Below are positions 1 to 12,076 of a stretch of DNA of 64,000 nt, piece by piece. The DNA comes from an uncultured Acidobacteriota bacterium. GTDB taxonomy: Bacteria; Acidobacteriota; Blastocatellia; RBC074. Numbering within the stretch: the stretch's first letter is position 1; the number at the start of each line of letters is the position of its first letter. Position numbers and translations under genes: made by a program. The stretch lies in assembly GCA_963796275.1 (NCBI GenBank), contig CAWCKY010000004.1, positions 1,472,001 through 1,536,000 of the forward strand, in the 5' to 3' direction. The notes beneath the pieces were generated by a model, which ran no database searches, was not told where the DNA came from, and saw only the letters and a list, made by a program, of their open reading frames with translations.

Positions 1-403
1 GTTTCTCGCGCAGGCCGAAAACATCCTGAAACTCGTGCGCCAGCCACATGCCAGTCGGAGTGCCGCGAAACAGGTGGAAATGATCGGCGAAAGTCTGCCA
101 GATTTTACGATGATCCGATTCGACGGGCTCTCCATCGACCCGCGGAATCCCCAATCGCTCAAGATCTATCCCCTGTGAATATAGCATCCGGAAAATGTAA
201 TGGTCGGGAATGAGAAGTAGATCGGTGGGCGTGCCGAATTGATAATCCGGATCAGCAAACATTCGAGGGTCGACGTGACCGTGCGGGCAAATCAGAGGTT
301 TATCGGCGACCTGCTGGTATAAATGTTGTGCGATCTCTTTCTGTTTCGGGTCGGGATCGAAGTAACGGTCTTCGGGCAACTGGGCTTTACTGGCTTCTTT
401 CAT
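1..403 (-). CDS. uxaC: Glucuronate isomerase, N-terminal part (runs off window start)
   Basis: Manual translation from ATG at 403: MKEASKAQLPEDRYFDPDP...PLICPHGHVDP...LLIPDHYIFRMLYSQG...FHLFRGTP. The HxH metal motif and DHY motif are typical of UxaC. Confidence 0.9.
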   Translation of the reverse strand, partial: MKEASKAQLPEDRYFDPDPKQKEIAQHLYQQVADKPLICPHGHVDPRMFADPDYQFGTPTDLLLIPDHYIFRMLYSQGIDLERLGIPRVDGEPVESDHRKIWQTFADHFHLFRGTPTGMWLAHEFQDVFGLREK

Positions 404-479
404 ATTGCGATTCCTTTGAAGAATAGTTGGGAAACGATTAAACCGGGATGATGTTCCATCGTACTGTTTGCGAAAATCC

Positions 480-1823
480 TCACAGCCTGATCAATTCAGC
501 AATTCTTACCGGCTTGCGTTGCTCGAGGCTTCTTCTCGCAGCGACCCCTGTCAGTAACGACATCGCTCCCGCACGCGAGCCCGCTCTCTGTTTGAGCGGA
601 TCCGGTATGTCCGGCTTAAAGATCATGTCCTTCAATTTCGGATCAGCGCCGAAATGACCTCCCAGGCCGAGCTTCATTTCGATCAACTCCGATTTGCCGA
701 AGTTTTTCGTCACGCGGATTTCAGCGATCGCCGGCGGCGTCCACGGCTGCCGCTCGTACGCCCGCACATCAAGTCTTCCGTCTAACCCGTTGAACGCCAG
801 GTGGTACCCCTCGTACGGCATAAAAGTGTTGAGCGAATAGCTCATCAAAGCTCCGTTGGAATATTTCACATTGGCCGTCATAGTATCCCATATGTTGATA
901 TCCTCGCGGTAAACACAGGCGTCGCGCAGATAGCCGTCTTCCGACTCGCAATCGGCGTATAGCTTCATCAATGCCTGACTTCTGGTCATATCCCAATAAA
1001 ACCTGCACTCCGATTTATGCTGGCAAGTGCGGCAATTCTTTCCGCGCAGCTTACCGTTACGGCCATAATTTTTCAGCTCCCCGAAAGCCGTAATCTCCAC
1101 CGGATCGGCTTCGAGAGCCCAGTTGATCAGATCGAAATGGTGCGTAGCCTTGTGGACCCAGAGCGAGCCGGAGTCCTCTTTGTATGCGTGCCAGCGCCGG
1201 AAATAGTCGGCGCCGTGCTGCACGTCGAGATACCAGTGAAAATCGACCGACGTCACCGGGCCGATGGTTCCCGACGACAAAATCTCTTTCATCTTTTCGG
1301 CAATACCGGAGTAGCGGTAATTGAACGTCACCGTGATCTTTTTGCCATATCTCTTTTCGGCGTCGATGATCGCCTGACACTTCTTCTCATCGGTGGTCAT
1401 CGGCTTTTCCGTGATCACGTCGCAACCGAGTTCCATCGCGCGGATGATGAATCGATCGTGCGTCGAGTCCTTCGTCGTCACGATAACGGTTTCAGGTTTG
1501 GTCTCTTTGATCATCCGGTCGAAATCGGTGAAGGTCGCGCAATCAACCCCGATCATCTGTTTCCCCACCTCGACGCGCTTCCGGTTGATGTCGCAGAGCC
1601 CGACAAATTCGACGAGATCACCGTATGGTCTCACCACGCCGCTGCCCCACATCGTCGTTCCGCGAATGCCCGTGCCGACGAGCGCGATGCGCTTTTTGGC
1701 GGCAGCTTTGGCCACCACATCTGCGGCTCCGGCAGCAGTGAGAGCAGTCACGCCGGCGCCCGCTTTCGCCGTGCGATCGATAAAATCTCTCCGTGAAATC
1801 TGTTCCTGATCTCTCTCCATCAT
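480..1823 (-). CDS. Gfo/Idh/MocA family oxidoreductase with Tat signal peptide
   Basis: SRRDFI twin-arginine motif, IALVGTGIRG Rossmann motif, EKP motif, HHFD catalytic motif. Confidence 0.9.
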   Translation of the reverse strand: MMERDQEQISRRDFIDRTAKAGAGVTALTAAGAADVVAKAAAKKRIALVGTGIRGTTMWGSGVVRPYGDLVEFVGLCDINRKRVEVGKQMIGVDCATFTDFDRMIKETKPETVIVTTKDSTHDRFIIRAMELGCDVITEKPMTTDEKKCQAIIDAEKRYGKKITVTFNYRYSGIAEKMKEILSSGTIGPVTSVDFHWYLDVQHGADYFRRWHAYKEDSGSLWVHKATHHFDLINWALEADPVEITAFGELKNYGRNGKLRGKNCRTCQHKSECRFYWDMTRSQALMKLYADCESEDGYLRDACVYREDINIWDTMTANVKYSNGALMSYSLNTFMPYEGYHLAFNGLDGRLDVRAYERQPWTPPAIAEIRVTKNFGKSELIEMKLGLGGHFGADPKLKDMIFKPDIPDPLKQRAGSRAGAMSLLTGVAARRSLEQRKPVRIAELIRL

Positions 1824-2149
1824 TGCCTCCTTGTGCTAGGTTCAGAGCTTTTTTACCTGGCGGTCACACAAAGCCTGTCGTCTAAGTTGATTTGTGACAG
1901 TATTTTTACACCAAGTCGGAGGAAAGTTATAGTATCGGAGGCCTAAAGGAGAAAACGAATGAACGAAATACACGATACAAAACGAAAGCTGCCACATTTC
2001 ACCCGTTCGTTTATTTTCGATTGTTCGGTCGAGCGGGCCATTGGAAATGTCTGAGAGTAAGTTCAGAGGTACCGCAAAATCTATTGGGATACGCTGTTCA
2101 GAAAAAATGAACAGACATCAAATCCGAGACATAGGTTTACCGACATAGC

Positions 2150-3532
2150 ATGAAGTTTGACTCGATCATCATTGGCGCAGGGATCTCAGGGCTGGTAGCC
2201 GCCCATCGGTTGAAGAAGATGGGGCGCAATATTCTGCTGGTTGAAAGCACCGGCCGCGCCGGAGGCGTAATTCAGAGCGTCGACGCCGACGGTTTCCTCA
2301 TTGAAAAAGGGCCGAACAGCCTGCGCGGCACACACGAATTTCTGGACCTGATAGATGAACTCGATCTAACGAGTGAGCTGGTGACGGCGAATCCTCGCGC
2401 TTCGGCCTACGTTTATGCAGATGACGAGCTTCAGCCTGTACCGATGAGTCCACCGGCGCTTATCAAAACGAGACTAATTTCAAATTCGGCCAAGTTGCGT
2501 CTGCTGCGTGAGCCGTTCATCAAAACGCGAAGCGAGGATGGCGAGGAGAGCATCGGTTCGTTCGTGCGCCGGAGGCTCGGCGATGAGGTCCTCGAAAGAC
2601 TGGTTGCGCCTTTCCTGTCCGGAGTTTATGCAGGAGACCCTGAGCAGTTGAGTATACAGGCCTGTTTCCCAAAACTGGCCGGGTTTGAATCCGGAAGCGG
2701 GAGCATTATAAGAGGCGCCATGCGATCGGCGAGAGCGTCCCGCAAGGAGCAGCCGAAACGTTCATTGCGGCCATATCGTCTCTGCTCTTTTCGTCGCGGT
2801 TTGCAAGTTCTGCCTCAATCATTGGCAAAAGCAGCCGGTGAAAGTCTACTGACTGAGGCGCGCGTTCTGAGTATCAAAAAAAATGCTGAAACATCGTCTG
2901 CGCAGTCATCCCGATTCATCGTCACGCTGGAACACGGGAACGAGCAAAGAACCCTCGAGGCGACCACGCTGATCATCGCCACTCCATCATTGGCGGCCGC
3001 CCGTTTGCTCAACGGATGCGCGCCGGAGGTCTCAGGGCTCATCGCGGAGATCACATATGCTTCACTCGTATCCGTGCCGCTCGCCTATCCGGCGAACCAG
3101 GTGGCTCGCAAGCTCGATGGTTTCGGATTCCTTGCGCCACGCCGCGAGGGTTTGCGCACGCTGGGCTCAATCTGGAACTCATCACTATTCGCCGAACGAG
3201 CGCCTGACGGATGGATTTGCACGACAAACTTCATCGGTGGGGCAACCGATCCGCGCGCCGTGGAGCTCAGCGATGAAGAGTTGATCCGTATAGTTCACAG
3301 TGAGCTGAGAAAAATCCTGGGCATCGAGTGTGAGCCTCTGAGATTGCCGATCACGCGTTACGAACGAGCCATTCCTCAATACAATATCGGTCACCGGGAG
3401 CGTATCGCAAAAGTCGAGGAGGCATTGCATAATTATCAGGGATTATGGCTTGCGGGAAATTACCTGCACGGCGTTTCGCTCGGCGATTGTATCAAGCGAG
3501 GAGAGGTAATCGCCGCTGAAATTAATCGATAG
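2150..3532 (+). CDS. hemG: Protoporphyrinogen/coproporphyrinogen oxidase (HemY/HemG family)
   Basis: IIGAGISGL FAD motif, EKGPNS, SGVYAGDPEQLS, GFGFL, AIPQY, LAGNYLHGVSLGDC. Confidence 0.92.
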   Translation: MKFDSIIIGAGISGLVAAHRLKKMGRNILLVESTGRAGGVIQSVDADGFLIEKGPNSLRGTHEFLDLIDELDLTSELVTANPRASAYVYADDELQPVPMSPPALIKTRLISNSAKLRLLREPFIKTRSEDGEESIGSFVRRRLGDEVLERLVAPFLSGVYAGDPEQLSIQACFPKLAGFESGSGSIIRGAMRSARASRKEQPKRSLRPYRLCSFRRGLQVLPQSLAKAAGESLLTEARVLSIKKNAETSSAQSSRFIVTLEHGNEQRTLEATTLIIATPSLAAARLLNGCAPEVSGLIAEITYASLVSVPLAYPANQVARKLDGFGFLAPRREGLRTLGSIWNSSLFAERAPDGWICTTNFIGGATDPRAVELSDEELIRIVHSELRKILGIECEPLRLPITRYERAIPQYNIGHRERIAKVEEALHNYQGLWLAGNYLHGVSLGDCIKRGEVIAAEINR

Positions 3533-3554
3533 AGATAAACGGTGCATTCGGTAA

Positions 3555-4142
3555 ATGAAAAAACAAGGTGTACGAAAATTGGCACAGATAGCGAAAATTT
3601 CCTATTTTCTGTCGCTTCTGCTACTTTTTGCTTTTTTCAGCTCCCCATTCGCCATGAGAAAAAGTGCCAATCAACACCGCGTACTCGTGAAAAAAGGCGA
3701 GCGCAAGCTTAATGTTTATCGGGTCGATAAGGGTAAAGAGGTGCTTCTGAGGACGTATAAAATAGCGCTCGGCAGCACACCGTCAGGAACGAAGCGCCAA
3801 CAGGGCGACGGCGCAACGCCTGAAGGCGATTACTACATCACACACAAAAATTCACGGAGTAAATTTTATCTCTCACTGGGATTGAGTTATCCGAATGCCA
3901 TTGACGCGAACGCCGGGATAAAGAAAGGGTTGATCAGCAGAACCGAATATGAGGCGATCGTTAACGCTATTAATAAAAAAGAGAAACCGCCGCAGAATAC
4001 GAAGCTCGGGGGCGACATATTCATTCACGGAGGCGGTACCGGAAGTGATTGGACTCTGGGATGCGTCGCGCTCGAAAATGAGGGGATAAAAGAACTGTTC
4101 GATATGCTTCCAGTAAAAACGCCGGTGAAGATTTTACCTTAA
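3555..4142 (+). CDS. L,D-transpeptidase (YkuD family) with N-terminal signal/TM segment
   Basis: GDGATPEGDY, SYPN and the IFIHGG...WTLGCVAL catalytic His/Cys motif. Confidence 0.9.
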   Translation: MKKQGVRKLAQIAKISYFLSLLLLFAFFSSPFAMRKSANQHRVLVKKGERKLNVYRVDKGKEVLLRTYKIALGSTPSGTKRQQGDGATPEGDYYITHKNSRSKFYLSLGLSYPNAIDANAGIKKGLISRTEYEAIVNAINKKEKPPQNTKLGGDIFIHGGGTGSDWTLGCVALENEGIKELFDMLPVKTPVKILP

Positions 4143-4148
4143 ATAATC

Positions 4149-5386
4149 ATGCCACATTCTCTCTATCTTGACTGTTTCTCGGGCGCCAGTGGCGATATGC
4201 TGATCGGCGCGCTGATCGATGGCGGTCTCGACTTCGATCTCCTGCGGGACGAGCTGAAAAAACTCGGCGTCCCAGGATACGATCTGAGCCTGACCCGCGT
4301 TGACCGGAGCGGAATCTCCGCATCGAAATTCGACGTGAATCTGCATTCACACGATCATGACCACGAACATGATCATCATCATCATCATCACGATCACATC
4401 ACGAGCACGAGCAAAGGTCGCTCTCGGCGATCAAGAAAATAATCGCATCATCGACGCTTTCCGATGGAATCAAAGAGCGAGCTCAAACGATCTTTCAGCG
4501 GATCGGTGAGGCCGAGTCGAAGATACACAACATCCCGATTGAAACTGTTCATTTCCATGAAGTCGGCGCGATCGATTCGATCGTCGATATCGTCGGCGCA
4601 TGCATCGGCCTCGATGCGCTGAAGATCAACCGGATCATCTCTTCGCCGCTACACGTAGGCTCCGGAACATTCAAATGTGCCCATGGCATCTATCCTGTGC
4701 CCGGTCCTGCAACGGCGGAGCTCCTGCAAGGGGTGCCGATCTATTCCAGAGATATCGAGGGTGAATTGGTTACGCCGACCGGCGCAGCGATCATTTCAAC
4801 GCTCGCTTCGAGTTATGGACCGATGCCGATGATGAAGATTGATCGGATAGGGTACGGCGCAGGCACGCGCACTTACCCGAATTTTCCCAATGTTCTGCGC
4901 GCAATTATAGGTGAGTTTGAATCGGACGCAGATCAGACCCCTGAAAAGATCACCGTCATAGAGGCCAACATCGACGACCTCAATGCCCAGGTATTCGGAC
5001 ATTTAATGGATAAAGCATTAGCCGAGGGTGCATTGGATATCTTCTACACGCCGGTGCAGATGAAGAAGAACCGGCCGGGCGTGTTGCTGACATTGCTCTG
5101 CAGACCGGAAGACCGCCTGAAGATGTGCGAGATCATTTTTCGTGAGACAACCACGCTCGGCTTGCGGTTTCGCGATGAACGACGCGAAATTTTGCGGCGC
5201 GAACACTTGATTGTTGAGACGATCTATGGCCCGGTCAAAATTAAAGTAGCGCGCGGACTAGACGGGCGCGTCGTTAATTACGCGCCGGAGTTTGAAGATT
5301 GCCACGCCGCGGCTGAGTTACATGGCGTCGCCCTACGAGACGTTCAGATGGCTGCGCTTAGCATCTATGCACAGAAGAATGCCTAG
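4149..5386 (+). CDS. larC: Nickel pincer cofactor biosynthesis protein LarC (frameshifted just after the His-rich insert, ~4400-4440)
   Basis: LYLDCFSGASGDMLIGAL N-terminus, poly-His insert, HFHEVGAIDSIVDIVG, PGPAT, ELVTPTGAAI, MKKNRPG, ETTTLG, PEFEDC. Split across ORFs 4149-4442 and 4697-5386. Confidence 0.9.
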
Positions 5387-5791
5387 TACTCTGGTAACTA
5401 AGACTTAGTTTTTTGTCTCTTCAGTCCGGTTCACCGGGCTTCCCGCAAGGCAAGTAGGCCAACCGTTTGACGGCTGGTGATCTCAGGAAACAGAATCTAC
5501 AGGGCGATTTTAGCGTCCTTCCCAGGTTTGGCTTCAGCCGCCGGTTATCGGAAAGATGGCTAAAGCCGGTGTGAATAAGCCGTTGGAAACGGGCGGTTCG
5601 GTTTGATATCACTAGCCCGCGAAGTGGGCGATAGACCTCGAATTTGCGTGGTTGATCCCTGTCGCCCATTTTTTTCATGGGCTTGAATCAATTTACAATG
5701 ACTCACCCAGGGTTCCGGCTTCGCCTCCACCCTGGGCTCCAGCTTTGCGGGGGGTACAGTAAAATCAAAAACTTTGTTTCCAGAGTACTAG
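5383..5791. mobile_element. MITE-like non-autonomous element with terminal inverted repeats and CTAG flanks
   Basis: Left end reads CTAG-TACTCTGGtAACtAAG (5383-5402). The reverse complement of the right end (5772-5791) reads CTAG-TACTCTGGaAACaAAG. There is no transposase-sized ORF inside. The left CTAG contains the larC stop codon. Confidence 0.7.
5706..5736. repeat. REP-like hairpin inside the MITE
   Basis: Inverted arms CCCAGGGT (5706-5713) and ACCCTGGG (5729-5736). Confidence 0.5.
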
Positions 5792-5859
5792 AGCACAAAA
5801 TTTTACAGCTCAGGATTTGTCATCAAACATTCGTGCTCTTTGTCGCTCTTCATTGACGT

Positions 5860-8800
5860 TCATTCAATCACCACCCGATCAGTCCCGCCCCGCCCAAAAG
5901 TCTCCGGATGATACATCTCTTCGGCCTTCGATGGCGGCACCACGAATACTCCCGGCGTCGTCGCCCGTGCCACATATGAATAATTATGCACTCCCTCCCA
6001 TAGTATCGACGCAAACGCCTCCACCCGCTCGTCCCTCATATTCTGATGCTCGAACCATGGCCGTCTCCACCACCACCAATTCCCCGTACTCTGCTCCTTC
6101 GGGTCCTGCGCTATCGGCCCCGTCGTCGCCAGCGCCGGGTTCTGCGCTTCCAGCCCCGCCGGCAGCGGATCTACCAGCGCCACGTGATATCTCCTCGCCT
6201 GCGCCACCATCGTCAGCCTCACTCGCACCTGCGCCCCTGCCTTGATCCGCCACGTCCCGTCCTCCTCCCGCCTCACATCGTTCGCGTTATCTATCGCTTC
6301 GTATACTCGCGTCACCGTGAATCCGTAGTCCGCCGGCTTCAACTGCAGGCTCTCCGGCGCATACTTCATCCCGATCCGGTAATACATTCGCCCATCCCCC
6401 TCCTTGCTCAATGCCAGGTTCTGCGGCCCTCCCTCTCTCATCAGATAACTCATCGGCACTTCGATCTGATGCCGCTCGGTAGTACGCCCACGGAACTCGT
6501 GCCCCCCAGCATAGGCCTCTCCCAGCCATGCGCGCGCCACGAAATCCGGCGTGGCTTTTTCATAGACCGCGAAGTATCGATCGAGGGCCAGCAGGACGAA
6601 TGCGTTCTCCTGCGTGTTGCTCCAGCGCCCCTGTTTGCGATGTGCCAGCAGACCGCGGACGATCTTGGGGATGAGGTCGTTCTTCGGATCATCGCCGATC
6701 AGGGCTTCCAGGATGATGGCGTCGGCGCGGCGGTCTGAATGGAGGATCAGATGCGCGCCGTCCTTGTATGCGGTCGTGAAGTGAGCCGCGGCCGCCGTCT
6801 CTTCAGCCCGGTTGCCGAGATGGCGGCGGATGGCTGCAATTTCTGCTTGCGAAGCGGGCATCGCCGGACAGAACGGGTAACAGGAAGCCGAGGGCTTCGA
6901 GGGGCATATTCTCGATCCCGCCTGCCTTCGCTATCTGCGCGCGCGCTTCCTTCGCGTCACGGTCATCCATCAGCCGTCTGACATAGAGCGCATAGGCGAT
7001 CAGCAATCGCTTCACCTCAGCTCCGTACCAGTCCGGGATATTATCCTCAATATCGTCCAGATAATCCTGCGAGCTTTCAAGCATCGACTTGGGGACATCG
7101 AAGCCCTTCGCACTGGCGCGCTGCAGCGCGTGAGCAACGTGTATGCTCAGGTAAGGCCAGGATTCTTCTCCACGCCGCCAGAAGCTGAAGCCGCCATTTT
7201 CGTTCTGCAATCTGCGCAATCTCTCTATGTCACTATTGCCCGAGGCGATCAATTCATCGGCTTTCGGCAGCCCCTTGGCGTCGAATGCCGCGAGCACGTC
7301 GCGTAGCGCCGCAATCGCCAGAACACGCGATGCGAGCTGCTCTGCGCATTCGAATGGATAGTTGGTCAGGTAGATCACGGCATCGGTCAATGCTTGCAGT
7401 TGCGTCGACGAGGCCGTGACCTCGAGCCCGCCGAATTGTTTAATCGCATCTGACGGAGCTTTGACCGGCTGAATGAGAGCTCCCGCATCGACCTCGCCAT
7501 AAGTCGCAAATGCTTCGGTCGTCGTCGGAGTCCAGACCGGCAAGCTGATCTCCGCAGCATCCGACCATCTGCCGGATGCGCCGACGATCTGGAAGCGCGC
7601 CTTGCCGGGTTGCGCGGCCGCCGCAGGGAATCGCACTTCGACTCGATCATTGGCGGGCACTGTAACGCGCCGGCCCTTCACGCCCGTCAATCGCGCGTTG
7701 ACAGCGCGCACTGCCAGATCGACCTGCATGGGTTTATCAGACTGATTTTGAACGACCACAGGCAATTCAAATTTATCGCCGAAATTGAGGAAGCGCGGCG
7801 GTGATGGCCGCACCATCAGCGGCAAACGCGCGGTGATTGCAGATTCAGTCGAGCCGAATTGCTTTTCGCCCGCGACAGCCACAACCATCACACGATAGCG
7901 CGTCAGATTGTCAGGTAATTTGACTTTGATCTTTGCGCGGCCGTTTATATCAGTTGAGACTGATGGGGCAAAAATGGCGAGCGAGTTGAAGTCGATCCTG
8001 GAACGAACCTTGCCCACTTCGCCTGTACCAGTGATCGCCACGGCTTCCGTTATTCCACCTGGAGAGACCGCATATAATGATTCTCTAGAAAAGGCTCTCA
8101 GTTGTAACGGCAATTCATTCACCTGCTTCTGCTGCATATCTCTGATCTGGGAGATCAATTCATTCGGGTCGGCAAGCAAAACATCACTCCGAGAGTCGCG
8201 ATTGCCAACATCATTTCCACGTTCTTGATAAAAACTGGCGACCGGATCGACAAGATCGTATTTCGTCAAAGCCAGCACGGCCTCATCGACCACGATCAAT
8301 GCCAACTCGCTGCCCTTCACCGGCTTGCCGGTTGCATCGCGAACCTCGACATCGACAAATGTTGTGCCACCAGGTTCCAGGAGATTATCGCGGGGAATCG
8401 CTCTCACGGTCAGCTTGCGTTTTAGCGGCGGGATAGAAAGCTTGATGGAGCCTGATGCGGAGGCCGGCCGTCTGGGCAATTGTTCCAGCGCTCTCCCCTC
8501 GCTATCTGTCCGAATGGCAGAGCCTACCAGATCGACCTGAACATATATGTTCGGGACATAATCGTCTTTGATCGGGATCCGTAGAGTGTGCGTTGTCGAA
8601 TCCATGGTGAAACGTTCAGACATCAGTAAGCCTGACCTGCGCAAGGTGACAATACCTTCGGCCGGACCGAAGGGAGATTGAACGAGTATCTCCGCTGTCT
8701 CGCCTCCCTGGTATTCTTTGCGATTGGGAATGAGTTCCAACTCTTCCCTTGCGAGATTGCGGCCCGGCGGCAGCGTTCCTTCCCCGGCAACCCACAGCGT

Positions 8801-11800
8801 CAATTCGCTTTCGTTGCGGCGCTCCTTGTCATCGATGATCGCGGCATTGAGCGATACTGGCCGCCCGCCCTTGTTTCGAACCGGCACTTGACTGGATCTG
8901 CGGCCGACCTGACAACGCATTCCTGCGGATCGGTTTCGCGTTCATTCCATTTCCCTCTTTCAAATACCCAGTTAATCCGCAGGGCGCGCATCCTGATCTC
9001 ACGGCCGGCGATCGCCTTTCCGTCGAGATCGGTGACGATCGATTCGACGATAAACGGATCGCCTTTCTGCACGAAAGTGCGAGGGCTCCGCAGTCCGACA
9101 TAGAGCTCCGCCGTATGCACAATAAAATCTTGCGATGAGCTTATTACCTGTCGATTGACATCCTGCAGGTTTGCTGAAGCAGTGATGACTGCCGGACGCG
9201 GAGGATTTATCGCATCAAAATCGATCCGCAAACGATGTTTGCCGGATTCATCGGTCCGTCCCTTAAACGCTTTCCTATTGTCGCGTTCATGAGCCGATGC
9301 GTTCCAATACCACCACGGAATCCATTTCCCAAATATAAAATCGCTCCGGTTCGGCGGTGTGAAGTATGACGGCCTCGAAACTACAGACCAATCCACTTCG
9401 GCGCCGGGCAGCGCGCCCCCGGTATAATAATTCGCCGCTGCCGTCAACTCCGCGCCTGAGCCCGCGAAATGAGGGCCTTCGCTCGCCGTCACCTTTACTT
9501 CAAATTCCGGACGGCGAAACTCCTGAATCTGAAACCCATGGATATAATCGCGGCCATAGATGTATCCGTCTCCGCTTTCGGCTTTGAACTCGATCTTCGC
9601 ATATCCGGAATTGGCAGTTGCCGGCACTTTAAAAGAAAAATGGAATCCGCCCAAAGCGTTCACATTCAATGTGCCTTCAGCGATCTCGTTCTCGAGCGAG
9701 TCCTCGATACTGTAAGTAAAATTACGCGCAGCCCCACCCGGCAGCATGACATCACCTGAAGGAGTGAGGCTGATTCGGCGAATCCAGCCCTTGATGTGTA
9801 CATCTTCGCCCGGACGATAGACGCCGCGGTCATCGAAGACATGCCAGCGCAGAAAATCGCCTGTATTTCGTTTGTTCCAGCCAGACACTCCATAATGACC
9901 GTAATACCGGCTGGGATATTCGAGGAGCAGAGCGGCGTCATTACCTTTTCGTGCAACGAGAAATCGATAAAGTTGGCTGAACCCGGCTTCAATCTTAGCT
10001 AACCCGTTGGTAGAGGTCTCCTGATGAGACCTTCCGATCAGCCTTGCGGCCGGAGTCAGATCGCGAAGCTCGAGTTGTACGCCGGCGAGAGGCTTGCCGT
10101 CTTTGAGTGAGGTAGCCCAGGTGAGCAGCTCACTCCTATCTGAAAAGACATCCACGCCGATGCCGGTCGACTGAATCCAGGTGGCAAAGAACTGCTTGCC
10201 GTATATATACTCCGGCATATACATATCAGGTTCGACGAACAATAAGGCGTGGCCCAGACCTTCATTCAACGCAGGCTGAAGATCGATCGGTGTCTCGACG
10301 AACTCGTCCGGCTTCGCGTCGATCTTGATGGTTTCAGAAAATATACGGCGGCCGATCTCCGGAAATGACAATCGTTCCCTATTGCGCTGTTTTTCGTACA
10401 TCGCCTGGATGGCAGCCATTAACTTGCCATAATCTTCGGGCACAACTGCATACAATGCCACTTTCAATCTCTCGTGATTAACGCTGTAGATCGAGATGCG
10501 TTTCTTCGCTGCGGGATCAAGCACGACGAAGCCGTTGCCCGGAACGCTCAATCTGGCCGGCATCGAACCGATCCCGAAATTCAGAGTGGCGTTCTCGCCG
10601 AGCGTCTGGCCGAAGACGTCTTTGATCGAGGCATCGAGCGTGATCCGGTAATTTGTACGGGGTTTCGGATAGCCCTTTATGGTCAGCGTGTCATCGCGTT
10701 CACGACTCACGCTCTGCCCTTCGAGTTTCGGTTCAATCGTAATTTTGTCCGTATCGAAATCCGCGGGTAAATCATTACTAAAGCGCAACGACCAGGGAGA
10801 AAGAGGGGAACAATTCTCTTTTCTATCGGGATACTCGCACACGCCATAGCTAAGATGGAGCGGGCCATAAGTATCGAAATCGAAATTCTGTTCTACCGCG
10901 GTCTTACGTGGCCCCTCGGCTGATGGCGCGCCGGCTTCAACTGAAACAATGAATGAGGTATCGGCCGGAAGAAGCTGATCCGACTTTTCACCGGGATCTT
11001 TGCCTACACGAAAAGCCATCCAGTGATCTTTCACCGCATTCGATGACAACGTGTTCACATCATCATTCGCTTTGATCTCTTCAGCGGTCGCCAACCGGAG
11101 CGGCCATTCATGGTTATTTGAACTCAAAGAGATAAATTTCAGAGCGGCCGCCGGATCGATGCGCTGATCGAATTCAATGAAGATCAGCGGGTCGCGAGGT
11201 TGCTCGTCATCGTCGTCGTCTGGATATCTCGATTTCACTTCGAGCAACGAGGTTGAGAAGGTCCATCGCTTCGTTGAAGAGAGCGTGCCGCCGTTCGTTG
11301 ATTTCGTCCCGGCGGGAATTTCAACCGTGTATTCCGTCGACATCGGAAACCGGCCCTCCGGCTCGAAGAGCAATGTCTTCGTCCCGAGCCAGCGCCATCT
11401 CCCATTCGGTTGCGGCGAGAGTTTGACCGGTACATCTTGAGCCGCCAGATCCGAATATGACGTCACCGGGACAATCGGTTGCGAGAATGTGACACTCAGA
11501 TGCGGCGCAATCGGCACTTCGCCTTCGGGCGCGAACCGCAGGACTTCCAGAGGGCCTGGCGAGACTTGATCCGGCGCAGTCTTCCGATCGGATGGGGGAA
11601 AGTGGTTGATGATCGTCTGTCCCGTGCGCGGCGGAGGGAGAGAGCGATCGCGTAATGCGAACTCTTTCTCGTCAGAGCCTACTGATTTTATCGGCCTCAA
11701 TCGTTTAAGAAGCGATTGAATGGCTATCTCAGTAAGAGGTTTGGTTGGTGCCGTGGCGATCTGCTGTTGCGTCTTCGATTCCGACTCTTTCTTCCCATCG

Positions 11801-11952
11801 CTCAGCCGAATAACCAGGCCTTTTTTATCATTGTTATCTTGATTGCTGCCGCCTTGACCGATTGCGCCCGAGAGGTTTGAGACCAGAAAGATGGAGGCGA
11901 ACAACCAGAATAGCACAAACAGCCGAGTCGAGATATTTTGAGAGGAAGGCAT
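5860..11952 (-). CDS. Bacterial alpha-2-macroglobulin family protein, copy 1 (frameshifts near 8850 and 6855)
   Basis: Signal peptide, Ig-like N-terminal domains, FDDRGVYRPGE (MG2), QEFRRPEF, LPDNLTRYRV, thioester motif YPFECAEQ, C-terminal ATTPGVF...AEEMYHPE. ORFs 8800-11952, 6803-8920 and 5860-6861 join into one ~2000 aa protein. Confidence 0.92.
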
Positions 11953-12076
11953 AGGCGAAGGTCCTCATTCTTTCTTCAAGTTGACTGCAGGAAATTTGCC
12001 ACTAAAAACACAAAAAAGTGAAAAGGGCACAAAGGGTAGTTCTGCAATCATCCGTGGTTTGCATTATTCGAGCTGA

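Noticed and set aside
1950-2030. ncRNA or riboswitch upstream of hemG
   Set aside because: Only loose AACGAA/TTCG complementary tracts like other intergenic repeats here; no recognisable aptamer.
4355-4440. Programmed frameshift in larC
   Set aside because: The break lies in or just after low-complexity His codons with no slippery heptamer seen. A sequencing indel is the simpler explanation given others in the window.
5817-6738. Pro/Ser/Arg-rich plus-strand ORFs (also 12228-13149)
   Set aside because: They are antisense shadows of the macroglobulin C-terminus, produced by its purine-biased codons.
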